A stretch of 62,586 nt of DNA, counting the filler, from Globobulimina sp. (taxonomy: Eukaryota), in NCBI GenBank assembly GCA_003354225.1. It is 39 parts of 39 records of this genome, joined end to end, with 100 filler letters (N's around TTAATTAATTAA, not from the genome) between each part and the next. Parts side by side here need not be neighbours in the genome. Positions count along the whole stretch, not along the records: positions 24,123 to 25,630 come from PIVH01015575.1; positions 25,731 to 27,238 come from PIVH01015576.1; positions 27,339 to 28,846 come from PIVH01015577.1; positions 28,947 to 30,454 come from PIVH01015578.1; positions 30,555 to 32,061 come from PIVH01015579.1; positions 32,162 to 33,668 come from PIVH01015580.1; positions 33,769 to 35,275 come from PIVH01015581.1; positions 35,376 to 36,882 come from PIVH01015582.1; 31 more parts are not named here. The stretch is one strand, 5' to 3'. Shown piece after piece: positions 24,281 through 35,542 of this stretch. The notes beneath the pieces are model-generated. The model saw only the letters and a list, made by a program, of their open reading frames with translations. It was not told the origin of the DNA and made no database searches. Each line of letters begins with the position of its first letter. Within the stretch, counting starts at the first letter, position 1. A program made the translations under genes and the position numbers.

Positions 24281-25231
24281 ATGCACGCTTTATCTCCAAC
24301 ACCTTCTTTTACTTCGTATACCAATCATACAACAAACCACCTGAACCTAACAAAATCCGCAGGCATTGTTTCCACAAACAGCATACGTAAATCATCATTA
24401 ATTGTTCCTATGGCGCACATAAATTCAAATCATTTGCTTATTAAAGCCCAGCAAAATCTTACAGTCTCTGTCATGGAAAATTCATTTCCAATATTTTTAT
24501 ATCAAATGTTATTATTTGAAGAATTTGAGAGTGTCTCATCAAAATGGTACGCCACATTAGGTGTAAATACAACAGCTCCTTTCACAGGAGTTAAACTATC
24601 ACATAATGCCATACGTTTTTTATATAACACAACAACACAAAGAAACAGTGTCAGTGAAAGCGACCGTGAAGAGAGCTCGTCTTCGTCGTGGTATACTTTT
24701 GACCCGGACGAGCAGTTTAGTATTAGATTTAAGAATGGTGAACCAGAAGAATATAGAATCAAAATATATATTTCGTTCCTTTATACATTTACTACAAAGC
24801 AATCAAAAGAAGTATTGTCGATATTATCATTATATGAAAAATCCAAAGTTTTAAATGAACGGGACTCAAAATATATCTATCGTTCCTTAAAAGTTTATGA
24901 TATCGTGATTGAAGAACAATGTGATTTAAATAAAATGTTAAAAGAAACATTAGATCTCATCAATAATTGCCACATTTCAAGCAACAAATATGAAAATCTT
25001 TTATATGGATTTGTCAGACTATATTTGGTTGACAATAAAGAAATAATACATTTTATTAATATAATTTACGAATTTACTATTGATCCGTTTACAATTTACG
25101 AATTTACTATAGTGTATAATATCCGAAAACGATTGGAAAAATACAAAAAAAAACACATAAAACAGGAATCCGTGCAACAGTTCAAGATGTACTTTATTCA
25201 TATAAAAACCTGGTTGATTCAACAAAAATAA
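24281..25231 (+). CDS. Hypothetical protein
   Basis: 316-aa uninterrupted ORF in AT-rich DNA; no motif recognised. Confidence 0.5.
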   Translation: MHALSPTPSFTSYTNHTTNHLNLTKSAGIVSTNSIRKSSLIVPMAHINSNHLLIKAQQNLTVSVMENSFPIFLYQMLLFEEFESVSSKWYATLGVNTTAPFTGVKLSHNAIRFLYNTTTQRNSVSESDREESSSSSWYTFDPDEQFSIRFKNGEPEEYRIKIYISFLYTFTTKQSKEVLSILSLYEKSKVLNERDSKYIYRSLKVYDIVIEEQCDLNKMLKETLDLINNCHISSNKYENLLYGFVRLYLVDNKEIIHFINIIYEFTIDPFTIYEFTIVYNIRKRLEKYKKKHIKQESVQQFKMYFIHIKTWLIQQK

Positions 25232-25355
25232 AAATGTTAAATACATGCTCTTTTCTTTTTAGTAAACAATACTTTTCCAAAAACACGTTTTTCGTCTAGT
25301 TCACTAACGTTTTTGTAGAATCTGTTTAAATTAAAATTATATTTTTCATGTCAGC

Positions 25356-25630
25356 ATGTTCAAAACCAATCAGAAAAAAAGAAAAGGAAACAGTTCATCT
25401 GATTCAAACCCACCACGAAAAAAAAGAAAAGTTACAAATAAATTGTTCCAGACATTTGTTACAAAAAACAAATACCCAAAAATAAACAGTTTAATCCACC
25501 CAAATTCGGCAATCTCCCATCAAAAGCAATCAATCCCAAACCATCATCAACCTCATCCACAACAACGACTTCATCAAAACAACACAAATCATCATCAAAA
25601 CCGCCATCTAAACCCAACAAACGCAACAAA
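25356..25630 (+). CDS. N-terminus of a nuclear protein with an SV40-like NLS and a His/Gln/Asn-rich region
   Basis: KKRK...PPRKKRKV; open to the contig edge. Confidence 0.45.
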
Positions 25631-25826
25631 NNNNNNNNNNNNNNNNNNNNNNNNNNNNNNNNNNNNNNNNNNNNTTAATTAATTAANNNNNNNNNNNNNN
25701 NNNNNNNNNNNNNNNNNNNNNNNNNNNNNNACATCAAGTTTGTTTTTTTTGTGCAATGACATCAAGACGTTATTTATTAATCCATACGAAGAAGATGAAC
25801 AAATTCAACAAAAAGGATTTGATCCA

Positions 25827-26511
25827 TCATCTGAATTTCACAGTGATTAAATGTCGATCATTTGTAATCCCATATTGTCCTAATGTCGCCTGAGTTTTTT
25901 TTTATTTTTTTTTTCATAAAATTTCATGTGTATATGCATACATTATCTGGTAATACTTTTGCTTTTGCAATGATGTAAATGTATTCAATGGCAGTGCCAA
26001 CCCCAGATTCCGCTTTATATAATTCTTTGACTCTTCGAATGGTTGTATTGGCATTTACTTTGTGTGGTATTTTCCAATATTTACTCTGCCCAAATAATTG
26101 CAATTCAAATACTTTTTGTTCCTCTTCTTTAACCGCTGCCGGTGATGCTGATAAACCAACAATGTTTACCCAATCCATTAAATCTTTACTGCTCCATTTC
26201 TTGATTGGTTTGTCTCTCCAAGTCATTTCTTGATTTGATGTTGCAAATTTGCCTTGTTTTGCATTTTTAAATTCACGATACACTCTATTTGTTAAATTCA
26301 CGATATATTGTTGTAACTCAAATGAATCCATCAAATCCTTTCCTGACTGTAGCTCCATCCAATCCTCTCCAGTGCACCCCGTTGATTCTATTGCTTCAGC
26401 CATTGTTTTTTGCCAATTTTCAGACAATCCAATGCTTTTGATCCAATCTAATAAATCTCGGTTTGACCATTCTTCGACATTTCTATTTTTATATGGTTCA
26501 CAATATGCCAT
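25827..26511 (-). CDS. SAM domain + ubiquitin-like domain protein; intron 25890-25941
   Basis: VEEWSNRDLLDWIKSIGL...GCTGEDWMEL (SAM); VNANTTIRRVKELY...KVLPDN/ATLGQYGI (Ubl). Confidence 0.7.
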
Positions 26512-26577
26512 TCAAGTAGACAGTGCACTGAAAAGAAAACTTTTGCTAAATCTGTACATTTATAATATAAAATCAAT

Positions 26578-27238
26578 TTACATCAAATATGTTTTATGTG
26601 AGAGATTGAATCGTTTTGTTCTCTCTACACATTGAGCAATTGAAATAAGCTGATCGTTTTGAGTTCCTTTTTTCCATTCAATTATTTCAAGTAAGTCATT
26701 TTCATCAAATAATGTAAATGCTGGTGTCAATATTTTACATTGCTTCAAACAAAGCGTTTCTCCCTTTTCTGCACCATGATAAATTGTCAAATCATCATTT
26801 TCAAAATCAAATAGCATTATAAATGTACTGTTGCTGTCAAATACATTTTCGTATTGATAATTTAATTCCGTTCCATAATCATCAGTTGTTTCATCATAAA
26901 ATTCCAATCGATCTTCCTGTAATGGAGCATATAAACCAACCGAATAATATTTATTTTCGTTTCTCCCAATACATTCATCATAATTCATATCCATTCGACA
27001 TGACACATATCCAAACATAAATCCTTTTGATAAACAGTTTATTTTCATTGTGATTGAATATTTATTTTGATTTTTTTCATTGCAAATTGGTGTTCTAAAT
27101 AAGCAGGAGCCATACCCAAATTTCGTAGTTTTTGTTACAGTTCTTCGATTTATAAACTTCAAACATTTGCTAAATCTATATTCAGTATTACAAAATAAAG
27201 CATTTTTTGGATATAGATATTGATAATGTAAAATAATT
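26578..27238 (-). CDS. SPRY/B30.2-like domain protein, 5'-partial
   Basis: Beta-rich: YSITMKIN..GFMFGYV...FIMLFDFENDDLTIY...LTPAFTL. Confidence 0.55.
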
Positions 27239-27384
27239 NNNNNNNNNNNNNNNNNNNNNNNNNNNNNNNNNNNNNNNNNNNNTTAATTAATTAANNNNNN
27301 NNNNNNNNNNNNNNNNNNNNNNNNNNNNNNNNNNNNNNTGTTATAAACAGGGTCAAAGATGTGTAGGATGGTCGTGCGTAAAGG

Positions 27385-28321
27385 GTTAATACTCCGGTAA
27401 AAGCTGGAACAACTTGGACACAAGAAATAGTGGCGCAAATATTATACAATGGGCAATATCAAAGTATGTTAGGCGTAGAAACAGTTTTGGAATTTTCAGT
27501 CTGGCCCGCTTTGGCTGCAATACCTAGAGACGTGACAATAAATATTTTATCCCAGCAATTAGAGAATGAAAAAGTACCAAGACGAATCATTAAGGTATTC
27601 TCATCTAATTTGCTAAGTTTTATATCTCAATTATTCCTTAATTCAGACACATGACCCAATTGAAACTATGCCATTTAACCCGCAAAGTAAATATATTTTT
27701 GTTGGGAGAGATTACAGAGATATTATATGGTCATTATACAATCATTTTTCATTATATTCAGATGTTTTATTGAATATAATGTGTGGGAAAAAAGAGTATG
27801 AATTTACAGAAATAGCTTTATTTAATATTAATACTAAACCGAATTTTGAGGATGGCTCGTTTACAGAGTATGACCTTTGGAATATGATGTTAACGCAGCC
27901 ACAGCCGGATGACGGCACTGTGGATGGCTTCCCGTTTGGGTCTCAATTACTGATTGTTGGAAGTTGGTGGAATGTTCACAATCTGCCAAATATAAAACTG
28001 ATTCATTATAATAATTTAAAAGAAGATTTAGCTGCAAGTATGAGAGAGATCGCACAATTTTTAGAATTGGAAATTGATGAAAATAATATTCAAACATTTA
28101 TTGCAAACTGTTCTATTGAAGCGATGAGAAACAAACAAAACCCGTTGGGTCCAATGATGAACTCACTTTTTACTCAACCAAAGAGATTTTTTAATAAAGG
28201 AGTAAACAATCGATGGGCGAGTGTCTTAACAGAGGAAGATATCCAAAATTATAGAGATTTAGCAAGGGTTTATCTGGATGACGATGGCATACATTGGTTG
28301 GAAACTGGTAAATTTATTTGA
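27385..28321 (+). CDS. Aryl sulfotransferase (Sulfotransfer_1); intron 27595-27646; 5' end missing
   Basis: 5'-PSB PVKAGTTWTQEIV; RIIK/THDP after splicing; YIFVGRDYRDIIWSLYNH (3'-PB); FFNKGVNNRW. Confidence 0.9.
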
Positions 28322-28416
28322 TTGCCCTTATCTGACTTATCTGTTGAAACGTAATAAATTTAGTCATTTGAAAAAAATTGAAACTGTTTTCGAGCTCACT
28401 AGTCAGTGTACGCACA

Positions 28417-28846
28417 ATGGCCTACATATTCAAGTTTGCAGGAAATACTGATGTTGTGGATGAATCATTGCAAAACGATATCGCAGCCTTGAATAATATT
28501 CCAGTTAAAAAATGTTCATATTTAATATCATCCTCCTTATCATTTGCAGCCAAACTAAATACAATGACAATGGATGATGTGGTTGATGGATTATCCTTGG
28601 ATATCGCGGAAAAATTGGAATTAAAATCAAAATCATTAAAACGTGTATTAAAGTCATTATTATTATTTGTATCTGGTGCAATTAAATATAATTTATCCGT
28701 TTCATCGGTTGAAGCAGATTTAACTGAATTTGGTTTGGATGAGGATCATATCTCTGTATTTTCGAAATCATGGAATGTGGAATATGTAAAATTGAATAGA
28801 TCCGCAATTCAATCATCATTGAAAATAAATGAAGTGATTGATATGG
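28417..28846 (+). CDS. COMMD7: COMM domain protein 7-like, 3'-partial
   Basis: LKSLLLFVSGAIKYNLSVSSVEADLTEFGLDEDH...W....L.RSAIQSSLKINEVIDM matches the COMMD7 pattern. Confidence 0.72.
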
Positions 28847-28964
28847 NNNNNNNNNNNNNNNNNNNNNNNNNNNNNNNNNNNNNNNNNNNNTTAATTAATT
28901 AANNNNNNNNNNNNNNNNNNNNNNNNNNNNNNNNNNNNNNNNNNNNTAAAAAGAAAAACATATA

Positions 28965-30441
28965 ATGACGATTATATTTTGTAAAGTTTGCAAGACACCA
29001 AGATATCGACAAGTCGAGGGAGTCGATGAAACAGAAGCATTAATCGACGACACCCATACTCCTTTATTAGCCCGTGATGAAAAATACTTATTAGCCTCAT
29101 CAGTAACAAGCAGCAATGAAATTAACACCACCAAAAAAACGTTGTTAGGAATGGTTGTCGTAGCAATTGGCACTGCATTATTTTGTAGCGTTGGCGCCAT
29201 TGTTCAAAATCACGGCGGATCTGTCTTGCAATTGATGTTAGGCAGATACGTAACGCAAAACGTAATAGCTTGGATTGTTTGGTTTACCAATCCATGCAAA
29301 TTGAGAAATAATTCCACTTGCAACCATTGGTACGGTGAGAAAAAATACCGCGTAAATATCTGGGTTCGTGGCTTCTTAACATTTTGCACTACATTCTTTT
29401 GGTGGAGAGGTCTTGAATTAGTGCCTTTGGGTTTGTCCTATATATAATATATGCATATAAACAGATATATAAATCCTTGCACTCCACAAACAACCCAAAG
29501 GTGATGGAGAAGCCATTTTATTCTTATCCCCCATAACCACCATCATCGCAGCTCGTTTTTTATTGGGTGAGAAATTGCCGAAGACATTTTTTTTCACGTT
29601 GCTGATGACCGTGTCGGGCCTGATATTTATATGTCAACCAACTGTAATATTTGGATCTGATAACGAAGTGGCATTATCCTGGAAAGGCATCCTGTTTTTG
29701 ATCGGCACAGTGATCGCCTGGACGGCCTGTTGTGTGTTGGTGCGCACTGCAAAAAGCGCGCACTGGTTACAGTTAGAGATTGTGGCCAGCGCTCAATCGG
29801 TATTTCTATGGTGTCCAGCAATCATTGTAATTAACAGATTGTTGGTGCATTCGGACGGTTTGAGCGGTGGGGACTGGGATTATTCATTGAATACATTCAT
29901 TGTGATGATAATTATCGGGTTTTTAGGATTTTGTGCATTAATGTTCAATGTGATTGGCTATCAAATCGGCGAAGCCACAAAAGTGGCATATATGGAATAT
30001 TTGTTAAATAAAATTCTTTTCATAGATAATATGCGTTTTTATATATGTCCGTGTTAACCATTATGAAAACTATGAATTTTATTTAACAAATATTTGTGTC
30101 ATGCCAGGGATTTAGTTTTTGCGTTTTTGTATCAATGGTTGTATTTTGAAGACATACCGACGTATTGGGAGATTATTGGCTGTTGTATGTTGCTAAGTAC
30201 GTGTATGATCCATATGGGTGAAGAATATTATCGTTATATGACAGCAAAAACATGTGTGGCTGCCGCAAGTACCAATGAAGGCATTATGAGTAACAGTGCC
30301 AATGAAATGCAGCCGTTATTATCTAAATCAACCGCAGAGACGGCATTAGCATCAGTGCAATATTTGCAATTTATAAATGGGATGAATATATTTAAAAATA
30401 GTGATTCTGCAGATACAGATTCGGATAGTTATACTGAGTGA
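28965..30441 (+). CDS. EamA/DMT family transporter (SLC35G-like), two introns
   Basis: About 10 TM helices; WVRGFL...VPLG/DGEAILFLSP...FLLGEK, GYQIGEATKVAYMEYL/DLVFAFLYQWLYFEDIP. Confidence 0.88.
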
Positions 30442-30554
30442 ACTTTATATATAGNNNNNNNNNNNNNNNNNNNNNNNNNNNNNNNNNNNNNNNNNNNNTT
30501 AATTAATTAANNNNNNNNNNNNNNNNNNNNNNNNNNNNNNNNNNNNNNNNNNNN

Positions 30555-32061
30555 TTTGCGTATAATACGGGATCCGGCATAGTTTACAAACATTGTCCAA
30601 CACATTGGAGACAAACGGGACGCCGCAATAATACATTTCAATTTGGATGTCTTCATTAAAATTGTAATTGGAGCCAATCTGAATTTGTTGCTTCGAATTC
30701 TTATTTTCATTTTTCTTCACTTTGTGCGGATCGAAGGAATATTTCTCGCTCAATTCGGGCGACAATTTGCTGCGTTTGGCGTTCTCGTAAAAAACTTTCA
30801 AATTATGATGGTACAAAATATGCGGAATGGACAAATAATGCAAAATATCGTACTCCATTTCGCGCAAAATGTCGTCCGCTTTGATTTCCATCTCGATTTT
30901 CTCTTTTTTCTTTTCCGCCGCATAATATTTCACCATCTCCTCCATATTCGGGATCAGATTGATGTTACTCGGCAACAGCTTGCATTCCACCGTCAAGTCC
31001 TCCATCTCCACGAACAATAACTGCAAATTGGTGCAAATATAGTTAAACAGCGACTTGCTCGAAGTGGCGAAAATGATATGCGTCGGATACGGCATCTTCT
31101 TCTCATAGCCGTGCGCCTGCAAATAGGTCAAATACTCGATCTGGTACGCAATGCCCTCGTCGCACGCGATCAAATATTGAATGTATTTCTCGCCGCAAAA
31201 CCGCTCCGATCGGACATTGCGCACTAATTTGTTGTAAATGCTGTTGCTCCGATACGGCCCTCGCAAGATCGGCGCGCATTCATTGTCCAAAATGGACTCT
31301 AAAAAGTTGAAGTTCCAGCGGACGCGTTCCATGCCGTTCGAGAGCGTATTATTGCGGTGGACGCGCATTATGCAACCAATCGAATTGTAATTGTTTTTAC
31401 TAAAAAAGATGGCCGGACGGCTAAAACGCACTTTTTTGTTGCACGAAATGTAGAAAATGTCGCCCGGCAAGATCTGGCACGCCGTGTTGACGTACAACAG
31501 TTTGAATTGGTGGTCGATGGGAATCACATTGAAATCCGTACTCTCGATCCGCTTCTCTTTGTTGCTCAAAAACAGCACGCGGTCCAACAAAAACAGCAAA
31601 ACAAACACCGACAAAACGTAATAAACGCCGACGTACTCCAAATCGGAGTAAAATGCAAACAAATAGACGACGGCCGACAGGATATGCAAACATTTGTGTC
31701 TCTTTTTGTTTACTCCATAATCAAAGCTCGCGTTACACAAAACCGACTTGCATTTATTGCAGCATTTATCGTCGATGCTGTCGTACGACACCGCGTAATG
31801 ACTGAAATAAGAGCCACCGCAATTACTCAGCACCAACGCGCAGACACTCGCCAACAGCAACGCTACGCGCACCAAATCGGCATACTCCTCGTACTCCAAA
31901 ACCGCGTAATTCTGCCGCCAATCGCCGCCAATCAACGCACACAAAACATGCAGCAAACTGCAGAAAATTAGGCCAAAATAGGCCAGCAACAAATGAATGT
32001 GTTTGTAGCCCAACAAATTGTCCAAAACGAGGCGCACAATGCACAGCTGGCGCAATCTGCC
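30555..32061 (-). CDS. Divergent NADPH oxidase/ferric reductase-like protein, partial
   Basis: TM region followed by PGDIFYISC, ILRGPY, and C-terminal MYYCGVPFV. The canonical HPF and GxGxT motifs are degenerate. Confidence 0.55.
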
Positions 32062-32375
32062 NNNNNNNNNNNNNNNNNNNNNNNNNNNNNNNNNNNNNNN
32101 NNNNNTTAATTAATTAANNNNNNNNNNNNNNNNNNNNNNNNNNNNNNNNNNNNNNNNNNNNTTCACATGGAGCATGGAGCTCTTTCACAATAACAAAAGG
32201 AGCATAGACTATTGGAGAATTAATGGTCTATTATCATTATATGATTATTAGGATTAAAATAGAAGAAGATTTATGTATGGAAAACCAGCAGCAAGCGTAA
32301 ACAATAAATATTGTTTTTCACAAACAAGACCGGGGCTAAACCCTTAAATAAAAATAAAGTTAATTTTGACGCAAG

Positions 32376-33194
32376 ATGTCAACACCCAACAAACGTGTGT
32401 CTCAAATATTGAATCATATCTCAGTGGCAACAAAGAATTTGTGTCATGTATTAATCACTGGATGTTCACGAGGCATTGGTTATGGTTTAGCACAGTATAT
32501 GTTAACGAAGCGAGCGAAATATTTTGTCATTGCCACTTGTCGTTCACCAAATAAATCATCAAAATTGCAATCATTAATTGATAGATTTCCAGGTCGTGCT
32601 GCTCTGATCGATATTGACATATCATGTGAAAAGTCAGTGATTGAATCCGTTGGAAAAGTATCACAAATTACGGATAAAATCGATATTTTAATTAATAATG
32701 CCGGTATATCGACATCTAATCATCCACACGAAAATATATTGGACTTTAATGCCACAGAAATGAGCAATATTTTACAAACGAATGTTGTTGGACCTGCTAT
32801 AATGTTTAAATATTATTATCCGTTGTTAATGAAAAATGGGTCAAAAGTGATCAATATATCATCAGCTTCGGGATCACTTGATATGTCATATATGTTTCAG
32901 AAATTTGACAGTCCCACTAAAAAAACAATGACATCGTACAGTATTAGCAAGGCAGCATTGAACATGTTAATGCGATGCGAGGCAGCACAGATTGGATTGA
33001 AAGATAATATTATTGTTATGTGCATTGCTCCGGGTTGGGTTAGTACTGATTTAGGCACAAGTTTTGGAAAAAGGAAAGCAAAGTTGACTGTGTTTGAATC
33101 CTGTGAGGCGATGGTTCAATTAATTGAAAATGCGACAATGTCGAAACATAACGGAATGTTTTATAATCATAAACATCAACAATTGCCATGGTAA
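32376..33194 (+). CDS. Short-chain dehydrogenase/reductase (C-factor/sniffer-like) with a PTS2-like N-terminus
   Basis: TGCSRGIG, DILINNAG, NISS, YSISK, APGWVSTDLG, terminal LPW; RVSQILNHI at residues 7-15. Confidence 0.92.
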   Translation: MSTPNKRVSQILNHISVATKNLCHVLITGCSRGIGYGLAQYMLTKRAKYFVIATCRSPNKSSKLQSLIDRFPGRAALIDIDISCEKSVIESVGKVSQITDKIDILINNAGISTSNHPHENILDFNATEMSNILQTNVVGPAIMFKYYYPLLMKNGSKVINISSASGSLDMSYMFQKFDSPTKKTMTSYSISKAALNMLMRCEAAQIGLKDNIIVMCIAPGWVSTDLGTSFGKRKAKLTVFESCEAMVQLIENATMSKHNGMFYNHKHQQLPW

Positions 33195-33338
33195 CAAACT
33201 CGTGTTAACAACATTGACCTTTGTTTAGTGACAAACCACAAAAGGAAATATATATAAACAATAATCAAAATTAAACACATTATACATCGGCCATCTTTAA
33301 CGATTCATAGTTTTTTTCAACTAAGCCTTAGTTAGATC

Positions 33339-33668
33339 ATGAACCTTAATAGAAAGCTATCGGACTCGTCATCATCATCAAATTCTGCAGACCTTGCAGT
33401 ACCTCCAAGTCCTCCGCCTCATAATGAAATAGATGACACTGATACGCAGAGCGTGGTGAAATCTATATTTCCTCGATTGCAGCCTCCATCCATTTTACGT
33501 CTGCATGACGGCGACGACTTAAAATCCACCATCTCGCAAGGCATGAAAATATATATATTGCATCGCACCGCATATCACATGCAACATTACAAATTTATCC
33601 AGGCATATCGCAATATGCGAGTAATATATCCATGAGGGCGCTGACTAAAATTAGAGCTTCAGACACTA
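33339..33668 (+). CDS. N-terminus of a hypothetical protein, probable GC-AG intron 33541-33602
   Basis: Splicing keeps the frame open to the contig end (QGISQYASNISMRALTKIRASDT). Confidence 0.45.
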
Positions 33669-34325
33669 NNNNNNNNNNNNNNNNNNNNNNNNNNNNNNNN
33701 NNNNNNNNNNNNTTAATTAATTAANNNNNNNNNNNNNNNNNNNNNNNNNNNNNNNNNNNNNNNNNNNNAATACAATTAAGATTTTTATATATGTATATTA
33801 AAAAATAGATTTTGAATTTGCAAAAATATTGATTTCTAAATCCAGTAAAAAAATCTACATTTTTTTTTATGTGTGAAAAATATAAATAGAATTTATTTTT
33901 TAGGAAATTCTTGTTTTTTAAAAAATCAAGTTTATAAAAATATCCATAAAAAACTTTGCATTTTTGAGAATTGACACCAAAAAAATTCTAGATCGTAAAA
34001 TGTGGGTCACTCATCGCCAAGGGGATTCTGCAAACGCTTGTATGGGATATGCTCTTGAGAATGTGTAACTAAGCATTTTCGGAAGGCGTTACTTCAATTA
34101 CAGTCTAACTTCTTTTAGATTGGCGATCCTAAATATGGTTTCCATTAATGAATTTCATCTAAGAATCTCGACGACGAAACAGAAATCACATTTGTGACAA
34201 TCTAAAATCGACTCGTCCCGATTTACTTTTTCAAGAATCGACATTTCTTGAAACAGCCCAAAAAGCAATGGATATTGATATGGAAGATGTAGAATGAGTT
34301 TATGAAGGAAAATGAACAGAAAAAT

Positions 34326-34402
34326 GGTCACCTAGCTCAATTGGCAGAGCATTGGTTTGAAAGGATAGAAACCAATTGGATGTAGGTTCGATACGGTGAG
34401 AG
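34326..34402 (+). pseudogene. tRNA-like pseudogene (Phe-GAA-like) with a broken T-stem
   Basis: GGTCACC-TA-GCTC AATTGGCA GAGC D-arm, TTGGT/ACCAA anticodon stem with GAA plus a 7-nt insert, GGTTCGAT; the 3' strand of the T-stem is missing. Confidence 0.55.
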
Positions 34403-34664
34403 GAATGTGATGGAATGGAATGAAACGCAAACGGGCTAAATCCCCAGAACTAATTTTTTGAGCACATAAATGGGCGAAATCCCAGAACGATCCTTGCAAC
34501 GAGAAAATAATTAATATCCAAACAAAAGTTTCTCGCCAAAAGTTCCTCGCCACATCTTAAAAACATAGACCAACACAACAATTTTGTACAATATGCACTA
34601 CATAGCAATAGTCAGCAAATGTTTTGTAAATCACCATTTTGGAATATTATGTGTATTTTCAAAG

Positions 34665-34793
34665 TCAAATGAATGTATGATTGTTGCATAATCGTTCTGA
34701 AATTGTGGTATTAATCGACTGTCCTTTGGCCAAACAGTGCTCTAAATAAGCATGTTGGGCAAAAGGTAGTAGAATACTATTATGCTGTTCCAT
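34665..34793 (-). pseudogene. Truncated N-terminus of a bacterial tyrosine recombinase-like gene
   Basis: Shine-Dalgarno GAGGAGGTG 4 nt before an ATG that overlaps the upstream gene; AYLEHCLAKGQSINT resembles a Xer/integrase N-terminus; stops after 42 aa. Confidence 0.45.
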
Positions 34794-35275
34794 AAATCAC
34801 CTCCTCAATATCAAGCTGGAAACTAATATCGATCCCTACTTTATTGAAACTGCGCCCTAATTTCATCTTAGTAAATTTTGATAAACTCAAGTCATGACAA
34901 ATAATAACTTGAGATGGCTTTTTACTTGCGATAGCTACGCAATCACCTGAGCTTAAGTCGAAACCGGCATTAGCAGCGATGATGCCACCTCTTAGTACTA
35001 AAGACATAGATATCGCTTTTAGGGGGTTATCAAAAAGGTAGAACAAATTGTCACATTGACATCCATCTAAATTAAATATTTTCGGCGCCTCCCCGCAAGC
35101 CCAATACGAAGAAAGTGCACTTCGACGCGGCCTATCAATGCGTTCACCATAAAACCCGGTTAATTCCCCATGCTGTATCAAAGGCACAGTAATACAGGCG
35201 TTCAGTGCCTCATGGCCATAGGGTTTTAACAGCCTTAAACGACGGAGTGAACCACGGATCATTCTTCCTTCATTA
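34780..35275 (-). CDS. Bacterial integrative-element DNA primase-like protein (degenerate Toprim), 5'-partial
   Basis: IRGSLRRLRLLKPYGHEALNACITVPL...GELTGFYGERI resembles the 'G.L...GHE.F.G...VP....G.....YGR.I' motif of proteobacterial element primases. Confidence 0.55.
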
Positions 35276-35542
35276 NNNNNNNNNNNNNNNNNNNNNNNNN
35301 NNNNNNNNNNNNNNNNNNNTTAATTAATTAANNNNNNNNNNNNNNNNNNNNNNNNNNNNNNNNNNNNNNNNNNNNATTATTCAACTGCTAATGTTACTAT
35401 AAATAACTGAAACAATGAAACCATATCGAGAGTTATGAAAAGTCAACTTATTCAGTCAGTCAGTCAGTCAGTCAGTCATTAGTTAGTCATTAGTTAGTCA
35501 TCCTTGCACATCACTAAACCAATCATCCTTCCACAACTTCCA

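Noticed and set aside
25062-25110. 18-bp direct repeat AATTTACGAATTTACTAT
   Set aside because: A small in-frame duplication (IYEFTI twice) with no further structure.
30643-31971. Long plus-strand ORFs 30643..31020 and 31357..31971
   Set aside because: Antisense shadows of the NOX-like gene, favoured by its higher GC; no motifs.
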